DNA of 64,000 nucleotides from Rhodothermales bacterium (GTDB lineage Bacteria; Bacteroidota; Rhodothermia; Rhodothermales; VXPQ01): NCBI GenBank assembly GCA_040904565.1, contig JBBDTI010000031.1, positions 83,831 to 147,830 of the forward strand, read 5' to 3'. Shown piece by piece: positions 43,820 to 52,287 of this stretch (position 1 is its first letter; each line of letters starts with the position of its first letter). The notes under the pieces were generated by a model. It saw only the letters and a program-made list of their open reading frames with translations, ran no database searches and was not told where the DNA came from. The position numbers and the translations under genes were made by a program.

Positions 43820-43932
43820 AATAGTATGCACGTTGTGCGTGTCTGGCTACGGGTTGAAATAAGAGGGAGCTTCCTGCCTCTCAAATTGACGCCCAGCTGG
43901 TTACGTTCTGCGCCAACTTTGGCGGTCAGATG

Positions 43933-44241
43933 CTAATTATGCTCGGATCCGTCAGATCCACCACCGTTGTCGCCATCAAGACCACTCTTGTTGTGTTCAG
44001 AGCCGTCGCTGCCGCCGCCGTTATCGCCTTTATTATGTTCGGATCCGTCGCTTCCCCCGCCGTTGTCTGTCGCATTGTGCTCGGAGCCATCACTTCCGCC
44101 GCCGTTGTCACCACCCGCATATGCTTCGATAGACGGTCCGCTAAGCGTGTCCGCGGCACATCCTGTTAGAATCGTACTGGCGCCTGCTACGAGCGCGAGG
44201 GACATGAATGCTGAGAGAATGGCCTGTGTAAGTCGTTTCAT
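43933..44241 (-). CDS. Small lipoprotein/prepeptide with four copies of DNGGGSDGSEHN (candidate multi-core signal peptide precursor)
   Basis: AGGAG 5 nt before the ATG. Signal peptide MKRLTQAILSAFMSLALVAGASTILTGC (lipobox Cys28). Repeats differ only at synonymous positions in this frame. Confidence 0.85.
   Translation of the reverse strand: MKRLTQAILSAFMSLALVAGASTILTGCAADTLSGPSIEAYAGGDNGGGSDGSEHNATDNGGGSDGSEHNKGDNGGGSDGSEHNKSGLDGDNGGGSDGSEHN
43936..44109 (-). repeat. Four imperfect 36-nt coding repeats (44074-44109, 44032-44067, 43990-44025, 43936-43971)
   Basis: Read directly from the sequence. Periods are 42, 42 and 54 nt, and all four encode DNGGGSDGSEHN. Confidence 0.95.
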
Positions 44242-44530
44242 GGTGACTCCTGACTTAAATGTAAGTGCTCCTACCTGGCAAGAAGATAGACGCACCTCCC
44301 AGGGCAGTCAAGGTTCGTCGCGCCGCAAATAGCCACTTTTTAAGGGTTTGTCGGGAATGAGTTGTCATCCGTCGCATGGGTGTCAATGAGCTTACGACGG
44401 TGAGGTTATTGAGCGTCCAGATGACCAGTAATAGGCCTTAATATTTGTCGCATTTGGCTGATACTAGACGGAGCAGAGGCCTCATCGTCGTCCGCTTTGG
44501 GGCCGTCATCCTAAGACCATCCAAGCTATA

Positions 44531-47500
44531 ATGCCGCATTTATTGCGTCACGTCCTGGCTTTTGCATGCCTGTTGTCGATCCCGGCACAGGCTCAAGTAG
44601 GTGGGGTACATCTTTCTGAAAGCGGTCACCCGTTCTATTTGGAGCACTTTCCTCCGCACGAGTATGGTGCGTATCCGCAGAATTGGAGCGTTGTCCAGGA
44701 CGTTAGCGGTCGCATCTTCGTCGGCAATTACGATGGCATTCTCGTCTATGACGGCGTTTCGTGGGATCTCGTCGCCACACCGACAAATACGACGGCCCGG
44801 TCGCTGGCGGTTGGTGATGACGGAATTGTCTATGTCGGACTCCAGGGGGATTTCGGATATCTCGCACCCGATTCAGTTGGATCCTATGCCTATACATCTC
44901 TCGCTAATAGGCTGGCACAGAGCGAACGAGAGTTCCGTGATGTGTGGGCGACGCATGTGGTTCCTGGTGCCGTCTATTTCCAGGCAGCGAGCCGACTTAT
45001 CCGATGGGACGGCGAATCTTTTCATGTTTGGCAGAGCGAAGAGGGCTTTCACACCTCGTTCGAAGTGGACGGCGAGATTTACGTACGCGAGATCGGTAGG
45101 GGACTATTGTGCGTCAAGGATGACGACCTAACGGTCGTTCCCGGTGGAGACCATTTTAGCGATACACGCATTTATGTTCTCGATGATCTGGCTGACGGAA
45201 GCCTGCTGGTCGGGACGCAGGAGAAGGGATTCCTTGTCTACGACGGATCAGGTTTTCAGTCTTTTGAGACAGAAGCAGACGCCTATCTCGCGAACCACCG
45301 GCTTTATCATGGCACGGTCTTGCCTAATGGATACATCGCACTCGGCCTCCTCGATGGCGGTGGTCTAATTATACTCGATCCTAACGGACGTATTAGCGCT
45401 CACTACACCGAAGAGTCAGGTCTCCCAGACGGCTGGATCAACTTCCTATATCGAGACGCGCAGGGTGGACTTTGGTTGGCTCTTAATAATCGTGGCGTTG
45501 TTCGTATAGATCCTTTATCCCACATCACAAAGTTTGAGGCGGAGAGTGGACTGGACGGTGTAGTCGGTGATCTACATCTCTACGAAGACAGCCTATACGT
45601 TGCTGGCAGCACCGGTCTGTTTAGATTAAATCCGTCAAGATTATCACACGAGAGAGCTCGCCTGGTAAAGGTTGATGGGATTCACGTCGCCACGTCGCTT
45701 GCTCAAATACACGACAAGTTGGTCGTCGCGAGTCACGACGATATACGCGTCCTGGATGGTACGAGGATTGAATTTGTCGCTGAGGGGACGTTCTATAGCG
45801 TCGCCGTCTCCAGTGCGTATCCGGATCGATTTTATGCGGGGTCAAAGACCGGCGTGGCGCTTTTTGAATTGCGCGACGGAGTATGGAATATTGAACCTGA
45901 CTTTGTTCGGATTAATGATGAGGTCCGAAGGCTTGTCGAGGGGGATGATGGCACGCTCTGGATTGCGAGTCGTTCAAATCGTGTGTACCGAGTCGACACC
46001 TTTAGTGGTAAGAGTAAGATCCGGGACGTCACTCCTTCCGACCATGTGATCAATCGGACGAGCTTGCTGAAAAACATATATGGCCGCACGTACTTACTCG
46101 GTGAATCGGGACCCGTCATTCTAGACGATGGTGGAGAAGCGTTATCTACCAGGGATCGAGAAGTTGCACGCATACTATCTGCCTCGACTGACTCACTTCT
46201 TTACCTCGGGCACTCACCGGACGGTAGACTATGGCGAGTCTATGCAGATCGCGTTGAAATCACGGCGTGTGGTCTAGCGTGCTCCACCAATGTGCCAGAG
46301 GTTCTCAGATATCCCGAATGGTCTGGTCCGGTCAACGTCCACGTCGATTCTGTGGGCGTTGCATGGATTTCTACACGGAGCACGCTGCTACGGTATGATC
46401 CATCGATCGAGACTGAAAAATCGTACGACGCGATATTCCCTGCGATGCTTCGCCGGGTTAGGACAATCGATACGAATCGCCTACTCTATGGCGGTGTTTG
46501 GGATGAAGAGCGTGATATCGCCGAGCCACTCTTCCAAGATCTACCGTTCAGCCAGAATGCACTCCGCTTCGAGTTCGCGTTTCCCAGCTACAACGATCCG
46601 GAAGAAAACGAATTCCAATACTGGCTGGAGGGGCGTGAAGCAGGCTGGTCGGCGTGGACGAAGGAGACCGGCAAGAATTACACGAACCTCTTCGAGGGAA
46701 CCTATCGCTTCCACATCCGGGGGCGCAACGCGCAGGGTTACGTGTCGCCCGCGAGCACGTACACGTTCACCGTCTTGCCGCCGTGGTACCGGTCGAACTG
46801 GGCGTACGGTATATACGTGCTGGGTCTCCTCGGCATGGGTCTGTTCGTTCGCCGCCACCAGAGAATGGTTGTGGAAAATCGACGTGCCAGGAAGCAGGCG
46901 AAAGAACTGGCTCGAGAACGCCAGGTCAACGAGCGACTGCAGGATCTCAACAAGCGTCTCGAGCAGGCCAACGAGACGCTGCGTCAGGCCGATCGGCTCA
47001 AGGATGAGTTCCTGGCCAATACGTCCCACGAGCTGCGTACGCCGCTCACGGGAATTCTGGGCTGCTCCGCCATTCTTCGCGAGGAGGTGGACGAAGACCA
47101 TCGCGAGTTCGTAAACATGATCGACGAGAATGGGCAACGTCTCCTGAATACGCTCGACTCGCTGCTCGACCTCGCACGTCTCAGGGCCGGCCTCATGGAG
47201 CTCGACTTCAAGGAGATCGATCTGGGTGTCAAGGCCGAAAGCGTCTTGCATACGTACACGTCCCTTGCTGCCAGCAAGGGGATCGATATCGACGTGGAGG
47301 CCGAAGGTGACGTAACCGGCTGGTTCGACGATCACTGCGTCGACTGCATCCTGAATAACCTCGTCGGCAACGCGGTGAAATTCACCGATGAAGGCCGCGT
47401 ACAGGTCACTATCTCAGGGACGGGAGAAGGCGTTGTGATTCGCGTACTGGATACCGGCGTCGGTATCGACGAAGAGTTCATGCCCTTCCTTTTCGATGAG

Positions 47501-47755
47501 TTCAAGCAGGAGTCTACGGGGCTGACACGGTCACATGAAGGGAACGGTCTGGGCCTCGCCGTGACCGCGCGCATTGTCGATCTGATGGGGGGCGACATCG
47601 ACGTGCAAAGTACGAAACACGTGGGTACGACCTTTACGATTCGCCTACCGCTGGAGCAGGTGCGTCCCGAGTATGCAGGGCATGGCGACGGCTTGTCGTC
47701 CAATGGCGTAGTCGTGGAGGCCTCCGAGCCCGGAGCTGAAGCCCCGTCTGCATGA
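44531..47755 (+). CDS. Sensor histidine kinase with periplasmic beta-propeller and Y_Y_Y domains (no receiver domain)
   Basis: Signal peptide ending AQAQ, propeller repeats (QDVSGRIFVGNYDG, YRDAQGGLWLA), Y_Y_Y (FQYWLEG...YTNLFEGTYRFHIRG), PPWYR + TM, H-box FLANTSHELRTPL, NLVGNAVKFT, DTGVGI, GNGLGL. Confidence 0.93.
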   Translation: MPHLLRHVLAFACLLSIPAQAQVGGVHLSESGHPFYLEHFPPHEYGAYPQNWSVVQDVSGRIFVGNYDGILVYDGVSWDLVATPTNTTARSLAVGDDGIVYVGLQGDFGYLAPDSVGSYAYTSLANRLAQSEREFRDVWATHVVPGAVYFQAASRLIRWDGESFHVWQSEEGFHTSFEVDGEIYVREIGRGLLCVKDDDLTVVPGGDHFSDTRIYVLDDLADGSLLVGTQEKGFLVYDGSGFQSFETEADAYLANHRLYHGTVLPNGYIALGLLDGGGLIILDPNGRISAHYTEESGLPDGWINFLYRDAQGGLWLALNNRGVVRIDPLSHITKFEAESGLDGVVGDLHLYEDSLYVAGSTGLFRLNPSRLSHERARLVKVDGIHVATSLAQIHDKLVVASHDDIRVLDGTRIEFVAEGTFYSVAVSSAYPDRFYAGSKTGVALFELRDGVWNIEPDFVRINDEVRRLVEGDDGTLWIASRSNRVYRVDTFSGKSKIRDVTPSDHVINRTSLLKNIYGRTYLLGESGPVILDDGGEALSTRDREVARILSASTDSLLYLGHSPDGRLWRVYADRVEITACGLACSTNVPEVLRYPEWSGPVNVHVDSVGVAWISTRSTLLRYDPSIETEKSYDAIFPAMLRRVRTIDTNRLLYGGVWDEERDIAEPLFQDLPFSQNALRFEFAFPSYNDPEENEFQYWLEGREAGWSAWTKETGKNYTNLFEGTYRFHIRGRNAQGYVSPASTYTFTVLPPWYRSNWAYGIYVLGLLGMGLFVRRHQRMVVENRRARKQAKELARERQVNERLQDLNKRLEQANETLRQADRLKDEFLANTSHELRTPLTGILGCSAILREEVDEDHREFVNMIDENGQRLLNTLDSLLDLARLRAGLMELDFKEIDLGVKAESVLHTYTSLAASKGIDIDVEAEGDVTGWFDDHCVDCILNNLVGNAVKFTDEGRVQVTISGTGEGVVIRVLDTGVGIDEEFMPFLFDEFKQESTGLTRSHEGNGLGLAVTARIVDLMGGDIDVQSTKHVGTTFTIRLPLEQVRPEYAGHGDGLSSNGVVVEASEPGAEAPSA

Positions 47756-47968
47756 TGGAGCATCGTTACGACGGCTCGTCCGCCGCGTGCGGCCGAGGCG
47801 ACGTGGCATACGGCCGCATCTTCTGCGGCGACCGTGGGAACCGCAGAGCCGGGTATGCCGTGACGATAGACCCTTGGAATTCTCTTGTTGTCGGCAGCAC
47901 TTGAAGCGCCCGACAACCCGTGAGAACTGCTCTACGCCAGTCGTGCTCCGCTATTTTCTCTACGCCTC

Positions 47969-48745
47969 ATGCTAAGAGCCTGGAAACTGCTGCGCGTATT
48001 CTGGGCTATGTCGACGCGTACGCCGTATGTCAATCTCCGTGCGTGGCGGCTTTCGCGGGACGAGGAGATCAGGTACCGCGCGCACCGCATTCAGGTCGGG
48101 TGTTCGCTCTTGTGCGACATTCTGGGTGTTTCGGTGCACGTCCGAGGTTCGGTGCCGTCCCGAGGCGGCATGCTCGTCGTGTCAAATCATTTCGGCATCC
48201 TCGACCCCTTGATCCTTTCATCCGTGCTCCCATCGGCGCCAGTCGGAAAGGCAGAAGTGTTAGCGTGGCCCTTTCTGGGCTGGGTAAGTGCCGCGCACGG
48301 GATGATTCCTGTCGAACGCCGGCGACGCAGCACGGTCTCCCAGTTTACCGAGCGCGTCCGGAAGCGCCTGGATGCCGGCGTGAACGTGGTCGTGTTTCCG
48401 GAAGGAACGACGACCGCCTCACTCCAGGTGCGCCGCTTCAAGACAGGCGCCTTCGAAGCGGTCGCCCATCGGGATGGCGGTGCCGTGCTGCCAGTCTATC
48501 TAACCGTGCGGTCCATCGATGGACGAATGGCAGACGAGGCGGTTCGGCAGCGCGTCGTATGGGCTGATGGGGGGGCGCCTTTCGTCGAACATGCCCTGGA
48601 TCTGGCATCCATTCCACACATGTCGTTCACTGTATATCTGGGCCGGCCAATTCCGACCACGGGACGTGACAGAAAGGAATTGGCACAACTTGCGCGGGAA
48701 GCGGTTGAAGCCTTACGGCTGCACGGAGAAACAATCGATACATGA
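47969..48745 (+). CDS. Lysophospholipid acyltransferase (PlsC family)
   Basis: NHFGILD (HX4D), KAEV, FPEGT, FKTGAF. Confidence 0.9.
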   Translation: MLRAWKLLRVFWAMSTRTPYVNLRAWRLSRDEEIRYRAHRIQVGCSLLCDILGVSVHVRGSVPSRGGMLVVSNHFGILDPLILSSVLPSAPVGKAEVLAWPFLGWVSAAHGMIPVERRRRSTVSQFTERVRKRLDAGVNVVVFPEGTTTASLQVRRFKTGAFEAVAHRDGGAVLPVYLTVRSIDGRMADEAVRQRVVWADGGAPFVEHALDLASIPHMSFTVYLGRPIPTTGRDRKELAQLAREAVEALRLHGETIDT

Positions 48746-48766
48746 GGCAACGTCACAGGGAACGAA

Positions 48767-48802
48767 GGGGTGATCGACGAGGTGATCGACGGGGTGAACG
48801 TC
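48767..48802 (+). repeat. Three 12-bp direct repeats upstream of the HtrA protease gene
   Basis: GGGGTGATCGAC / GAGGTGATCGAC / GGGGTGAACGTC in tandem, intergenic. Confidence 0.7.
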
Positions 48803-48848
48803 GATGTACCGTGCGAATCCTCGCTCAACGCCGATTCAGACCGCAACC

Positions 48849-50468
48849 ATGAAAGATCAGCAGCAGATATCAAGTGTCAAAATCCTGATCGGCGTCGGGC
48901 TCGTACTGGTCGGCTTGACGACAGGCATTCTGTTCATGTTGATCGCCGGTAGCCATCCCGAGAATGTAGATGGTGGGCAGCGGGTCGTCGAGCGCGTGCA
49001 GCTGGGAAACCGGGAAGCCCCGGCGAACGTGCCCGTGCTTGACTCTCTCAACGCATCTCTCGATCCACGCACGCTGAACCGGATGTTCCGGCACGTTGCG
49101 GACGATGTGACGCCGGCCGTCGTCTATATTCAGGTTGAGGTTCCGCTCCAGCAGGATGGACAGCGTGAGTGGTACCACAATTTCGATGAAGACGCTCGCC
49201 GCCGGTTCTTTCAGGACGATCCCCTACGACAGAGCGTCGGAAGCGGCGTGCTGATTAGTCCACAGGGATATATCGTTACCAATCACCACGTCGTCGAGAA
49301 CGCCGAGAGCATCCAGGTAACGCTTTCGGATAAGCGACTGTACGATGCGCGCATTGTCGGTACCGACCCGTCGACCGATCTGGCCGTTCTGAAGATCGAA
49401 GACGGAGGGAGGGATTTTCCGGCGGTACGCCTCGGTAATTCCGACGGCCTTCAGGTCGGCGAGTGGGTACTCGCGATAGGTAATCCGTTCCGGCTGACAT
49501 CTACAGTCACAGCGGGGATCGTGAGCGCAACGGGGCGTCAGGTGAACATCATCGACGGTGATTTTGGTATCGAGGATTTCATCCAGACGGACGCGGCCAT
49601 CAATCCCGGCAATTCGGGCGGAGCCGTCGTGAATCTTAACGGCGAGCTCGTTGGGATTGCCACGGCCATTGCTACGGAGAGCGGCTCGTACGAAGGATAC
49701 GGCTTTGCCGTCCCCGCCAATCTGATGGAACGCGTTGCAGGCGACCTCATCGAATATGGCGAGGTTCGGCGCGGCTATCTTGGGGTCGTCATACAGAACG
49801 TAGATGCGGGCGTCGCTCGTCGGCTCGACATGGAGGAGATCCAGGGGATCTACGTCAACGACGTTACCGACGGTGGCTCTGCGGCAAATGCCGGAATCAG
49901 GCAAGGTGACGTCATCGTTTCGGTCGACGATCGCGCCGTGAATGCCGCGAACGAGTTGCAGAGTACGGTCGCGCGGAAACGACCCGGAGACGTGCTCGAC
50001 ATCGGCGTCTGGCGTGAGGGAAGCGTCATCCAGTTCGACGTCGAACTGCTGGGACGAAACACGCCTGCCTACGAACGCTGGTTCAGTGAACTGCGGGAGC
50101 AAGGAGAGGAAGAGGCACCGGAGGCCGAACGGGCGCCGCCCCTCGATCAGGACAACGTATTCGAATTGAGCCGGTGGGGCGTCGGGCTGCGAAATCTCAC
50201 GGCGAGAGAACTCAATGCGTTCGATGTGCGGGCCGGGGCATACGTGGCATATGTCGAGAATGGCAGCGTCGCGGATGATGCCGCACTACCACGCGATGCC
50301 GTCATTACCGAGATTTCCGGTTCCCGAGTCGAGTCGACGGAGCAGGCCATCAACCGCCTCGAGGAGGCCGCACAGGTCGACGAGACAGTTCTGATCAAGG
50401 TCAGGCGCCGAGATGGGATTTCTGCGTATTATGAAATGGAAGTACCCGCAACCGCCGGTTCATTATGA
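48849..50468 (+). CDS. DegP/DegQ (HtrA) serine protease with two PDZ domains
   Basis: [33 protein letters not shown] ([18 protein letters not shown]). Confidence 0.95.
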   Translation: MKDQQQISSVKILIGVGLVLVGLTTGILFMLIAGSHPENVDGGQRVVERVQLGNREAPANVPVLDSLNASLDPRTLNRMFRHVADDVTPAVVYIQVEVPLQQDGQREWYHNFDEDARRRFFQDDPLRQSVGSGVLISPQGYIVTNHHVVENAESIQVTLSDKRLYDARIVGTDPSTDLAVLKIEDGGRDFPAVRLGNSDGLQVGEWVLAIGNPFRLTSTVTAGIVSATGRQVNIIDGDFGIEDFIQTDAAINPGNSGGAVVNLNGELVGIATAIATESGSYEGYGFAVPANLMERVAGDLIEYGEVRRGYLGVVIQNVDAGVARRLDMEEIQGIYVNDVTDGGSAANAGIRQGDVIVSVDDRAVNAANELQSTVARKRPGDVLDIGVWREGSVIQFDVELLGRNTPAYERWFSELREQGEEEAPEAERAPPLDQDNVFELSRWGVGLRNLTARELNAFDVRAGAYVAYVENGSVADDAALPRDAVITEISGSRVESTEQAINRLEEAAQVDETVLIKVRRRDGISAYYEMEVPATAGSL

Positions 50469-51670
50469 TTCGTTACCTCACGGCCGGAGAATCTCATGGC
50501 GAAGCGCTCATAGGGATCGTCGAAGGGATGCCGGCAGGCGTTCCCGTCGATCCTGAAGACATCAACCATCATCTGGCCCGACGGTGGCTGGGATATGGTC
50601 GAGGAGGTCGGTCGAAGTTCGAGCGCGACAAAGTACACATCTATTCCGGTATTCGATTCTCCCGGACGATGGGCAGTCCTATCGCCATGCGACTGGATAA
50701 CGCGGCCTATACGAAGGACCGGTCCGGTTGGCCCGATGTGATGGCCGTGTCCGGGTCCGGGGAGGGTGTGGACAAGGTGACTCTGCCGCGCCCCGGGCAC
50801 GCTGATTTGACGGGTCTGCAAAAATACAGGTTCGACGATATCCGGCCTGTCATCGATAGGGCGAGCGCACGGGAAACGGCCATGCGCGTAGCCTGTTGCA
50901 CGGTGGCTCGTCAGCTCCTCAAGCAATTCGGCATCGAGGTTGGCAGTCACGTCGTCCGCCTCGGCGAGGTCGGCATGGATGCTCCCAAGTCGTGGTACGA
51001 ACGCGTCGCCGAAATCACCGATGAGGGCGCGGAGAACCTCAACCGGTATGCCGACGAGAGTGCGGTGCGGATGCTGGACGAGGAACTGACGGACGCCTGC
51101 ATCGAGCATATCGACGAGACGAAGAAGCGCGGTGACTCGTTGGGAGGTATGTATGAAGTCGTGGTGACGGGCGTGCCTCCGGGGCTCGGCTCGTACGTTC
51201 AGTGGGACCGCCGGCTCGATGGGCAGCTGGCGCAAGCGATACTTTCGATCCAGGCACAGAAAGCCGTGGAGATCGGAGACGGTGTCGTGGGTGCGGAGCG
51301 TCCGGGCTCTCACGTTCACGACGAGATTACCGGCTCAGAGAAGGGATTCTCTCGTCGAACCAATCATGCGGGTGGCGTCGAGGGCGGCATGTCAAACGGT
51401 ATGCCCATCGTGGTCCGCGGCTATATGAAGCCCATTCCGACCCTTATCAAGCCGTTAGACTCGGTAGATATAGCGTCCGGTGAATCGCAGCCGACGCGGT
51501 ACGAGCGAAGCGACGTAACGAGCGTGCCGGCCGCCTCGACGGTGGCCGAGGCTACCGTCGCGCTGGCGATCGCGAACGCCTTTCTCGATAAATTTGGCGG
51601 AGATAGCCTCGACGAGATTCGGGGTCGCTTCGACGCTGAAATGGGGAAACGCCAGCAAAACGGCAGATAA
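50465..51670 (+). CDS. aroC: Chorismate synthase
   Basis: [49 protein letters not shown]. Confidence 0.97.
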   Translation: MIRYLTAGESHGEALIGIVEGMPAGVPVDPEDINHHLARRWLGYGRGGRSKFERDKVHIYSGIRFSRTMGSPIAMRLDNAAYTKDRSGWPDVMAVSGSGEGVDKVTLPRPGHADLTGLQKYRFDDIRPVIDRASARETAMRVACCTVARQLLKQFGIEVGSHVVRLGEVGMDAPKSWYERVAEITDEGAENLNRYADESAVRMLDEELTDACIEHIDETKKRGDSLGGMYEVVVTGVPPGLGSYVQWDRRLDGQLAQAILSIQAQKAVEIGDGVVGAERPGSHVHDEITGSEKGFSRRTNHAGGVEGGMSNGMPIVVRGYMKPIPTLIKPLDSVDIASGESQPTRYERSDVTSVPAASTVAEATVALAIANAFLDKFGGDSLDEIRGRFDAEMGKRQQNGR

Positions 51671-51778
51671 ATCGAGCGGAGATCTGCGAAATCCACCCTC
51701 CTGGCTTGTCGAGCCGGGATGGAGCGGGCGCCGCGCACACAACCGGTATCGTAGCTGCGATCGCAATCTGAATAGAAC

Positions 51779-52243
51779 ATGTCCGGGAGTACCATCCTGA
51801 AATCAAATCCGATATCCGTCTTGCTAGCGGAGGACGATCCTGACGATCGCATGTTGACTCGGCGCGCATTCGAGGTGAGCGAACTCAATAGTGAGTTGCG
51901 CACGGTCGAAAACGGCGAGGACCTGATACAGTATCTTCGAAAGGAAGGGAAGTACGCGGGGGTCCGTGAAGCTCCACGCCCCGGACTGATTCTCCTGGAC
52001 TTGAATATGCCGCGCCTGGACGGACGAGACGCGCTTCGGACGATTAAGTCCGATTCGGATCTTCGACGTATTCCGGTCGTCGTGTTCACAACGTCCGATG
52101 CCACGCACGATATAACGCAATGCTACGATCTAGGCGCTAACGCCTTTGTGACGAAGCCCGTCACTTTTGACGGCCTGCAATCGGCCATCCAGCGGCTCGG
52201 CGCTTTCTGGTTTGAGGTCGCCAATCTGCCCGTGGAGATCTAG
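51779..52243 (+). CDS. Single-domain response regulator (Rcp1-like)
   Basis: LLAEDDPDD, LILLDLNMPRLDG, IPVVVFTTS, GANAFVTKP, C-terminal FW motif. Confidence 0.93.
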   Translation: MSGSTILKSNPISVLLAEDDPDDRMLTRRAFEVSELNSELRTVENGEDLIQYLRKEGKYAGVREAPRPGLILLDLNMPRLDGRDALRTIKSDSDLRRIPVVVFTTSDATHDITQCYDLGANAFVTKPVTFDGLQSAIQRLGAFWFEVANLPVEI

Positions 52244-52287
52244 AGGAGCTCGAACGACGCCAGGTTTCACCCACTCTTTTTCGCCGT

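Noticed and set aside
43936-44109. Repeats as a CRISPR array
   Set aside because: Spacers are only 6-18 nt, repeat differences are all synonymous in one reading frame, and there are no cas genes. This is a coding repeat.
43930-44332. Plus-strand ORFs 43930-44169 and 43967-44332 as the real gene
   Set aside because: They are antisense shadows. Only the minus frame has an RBS, a lipoprotein signal and perfectly conserved repeat residues.
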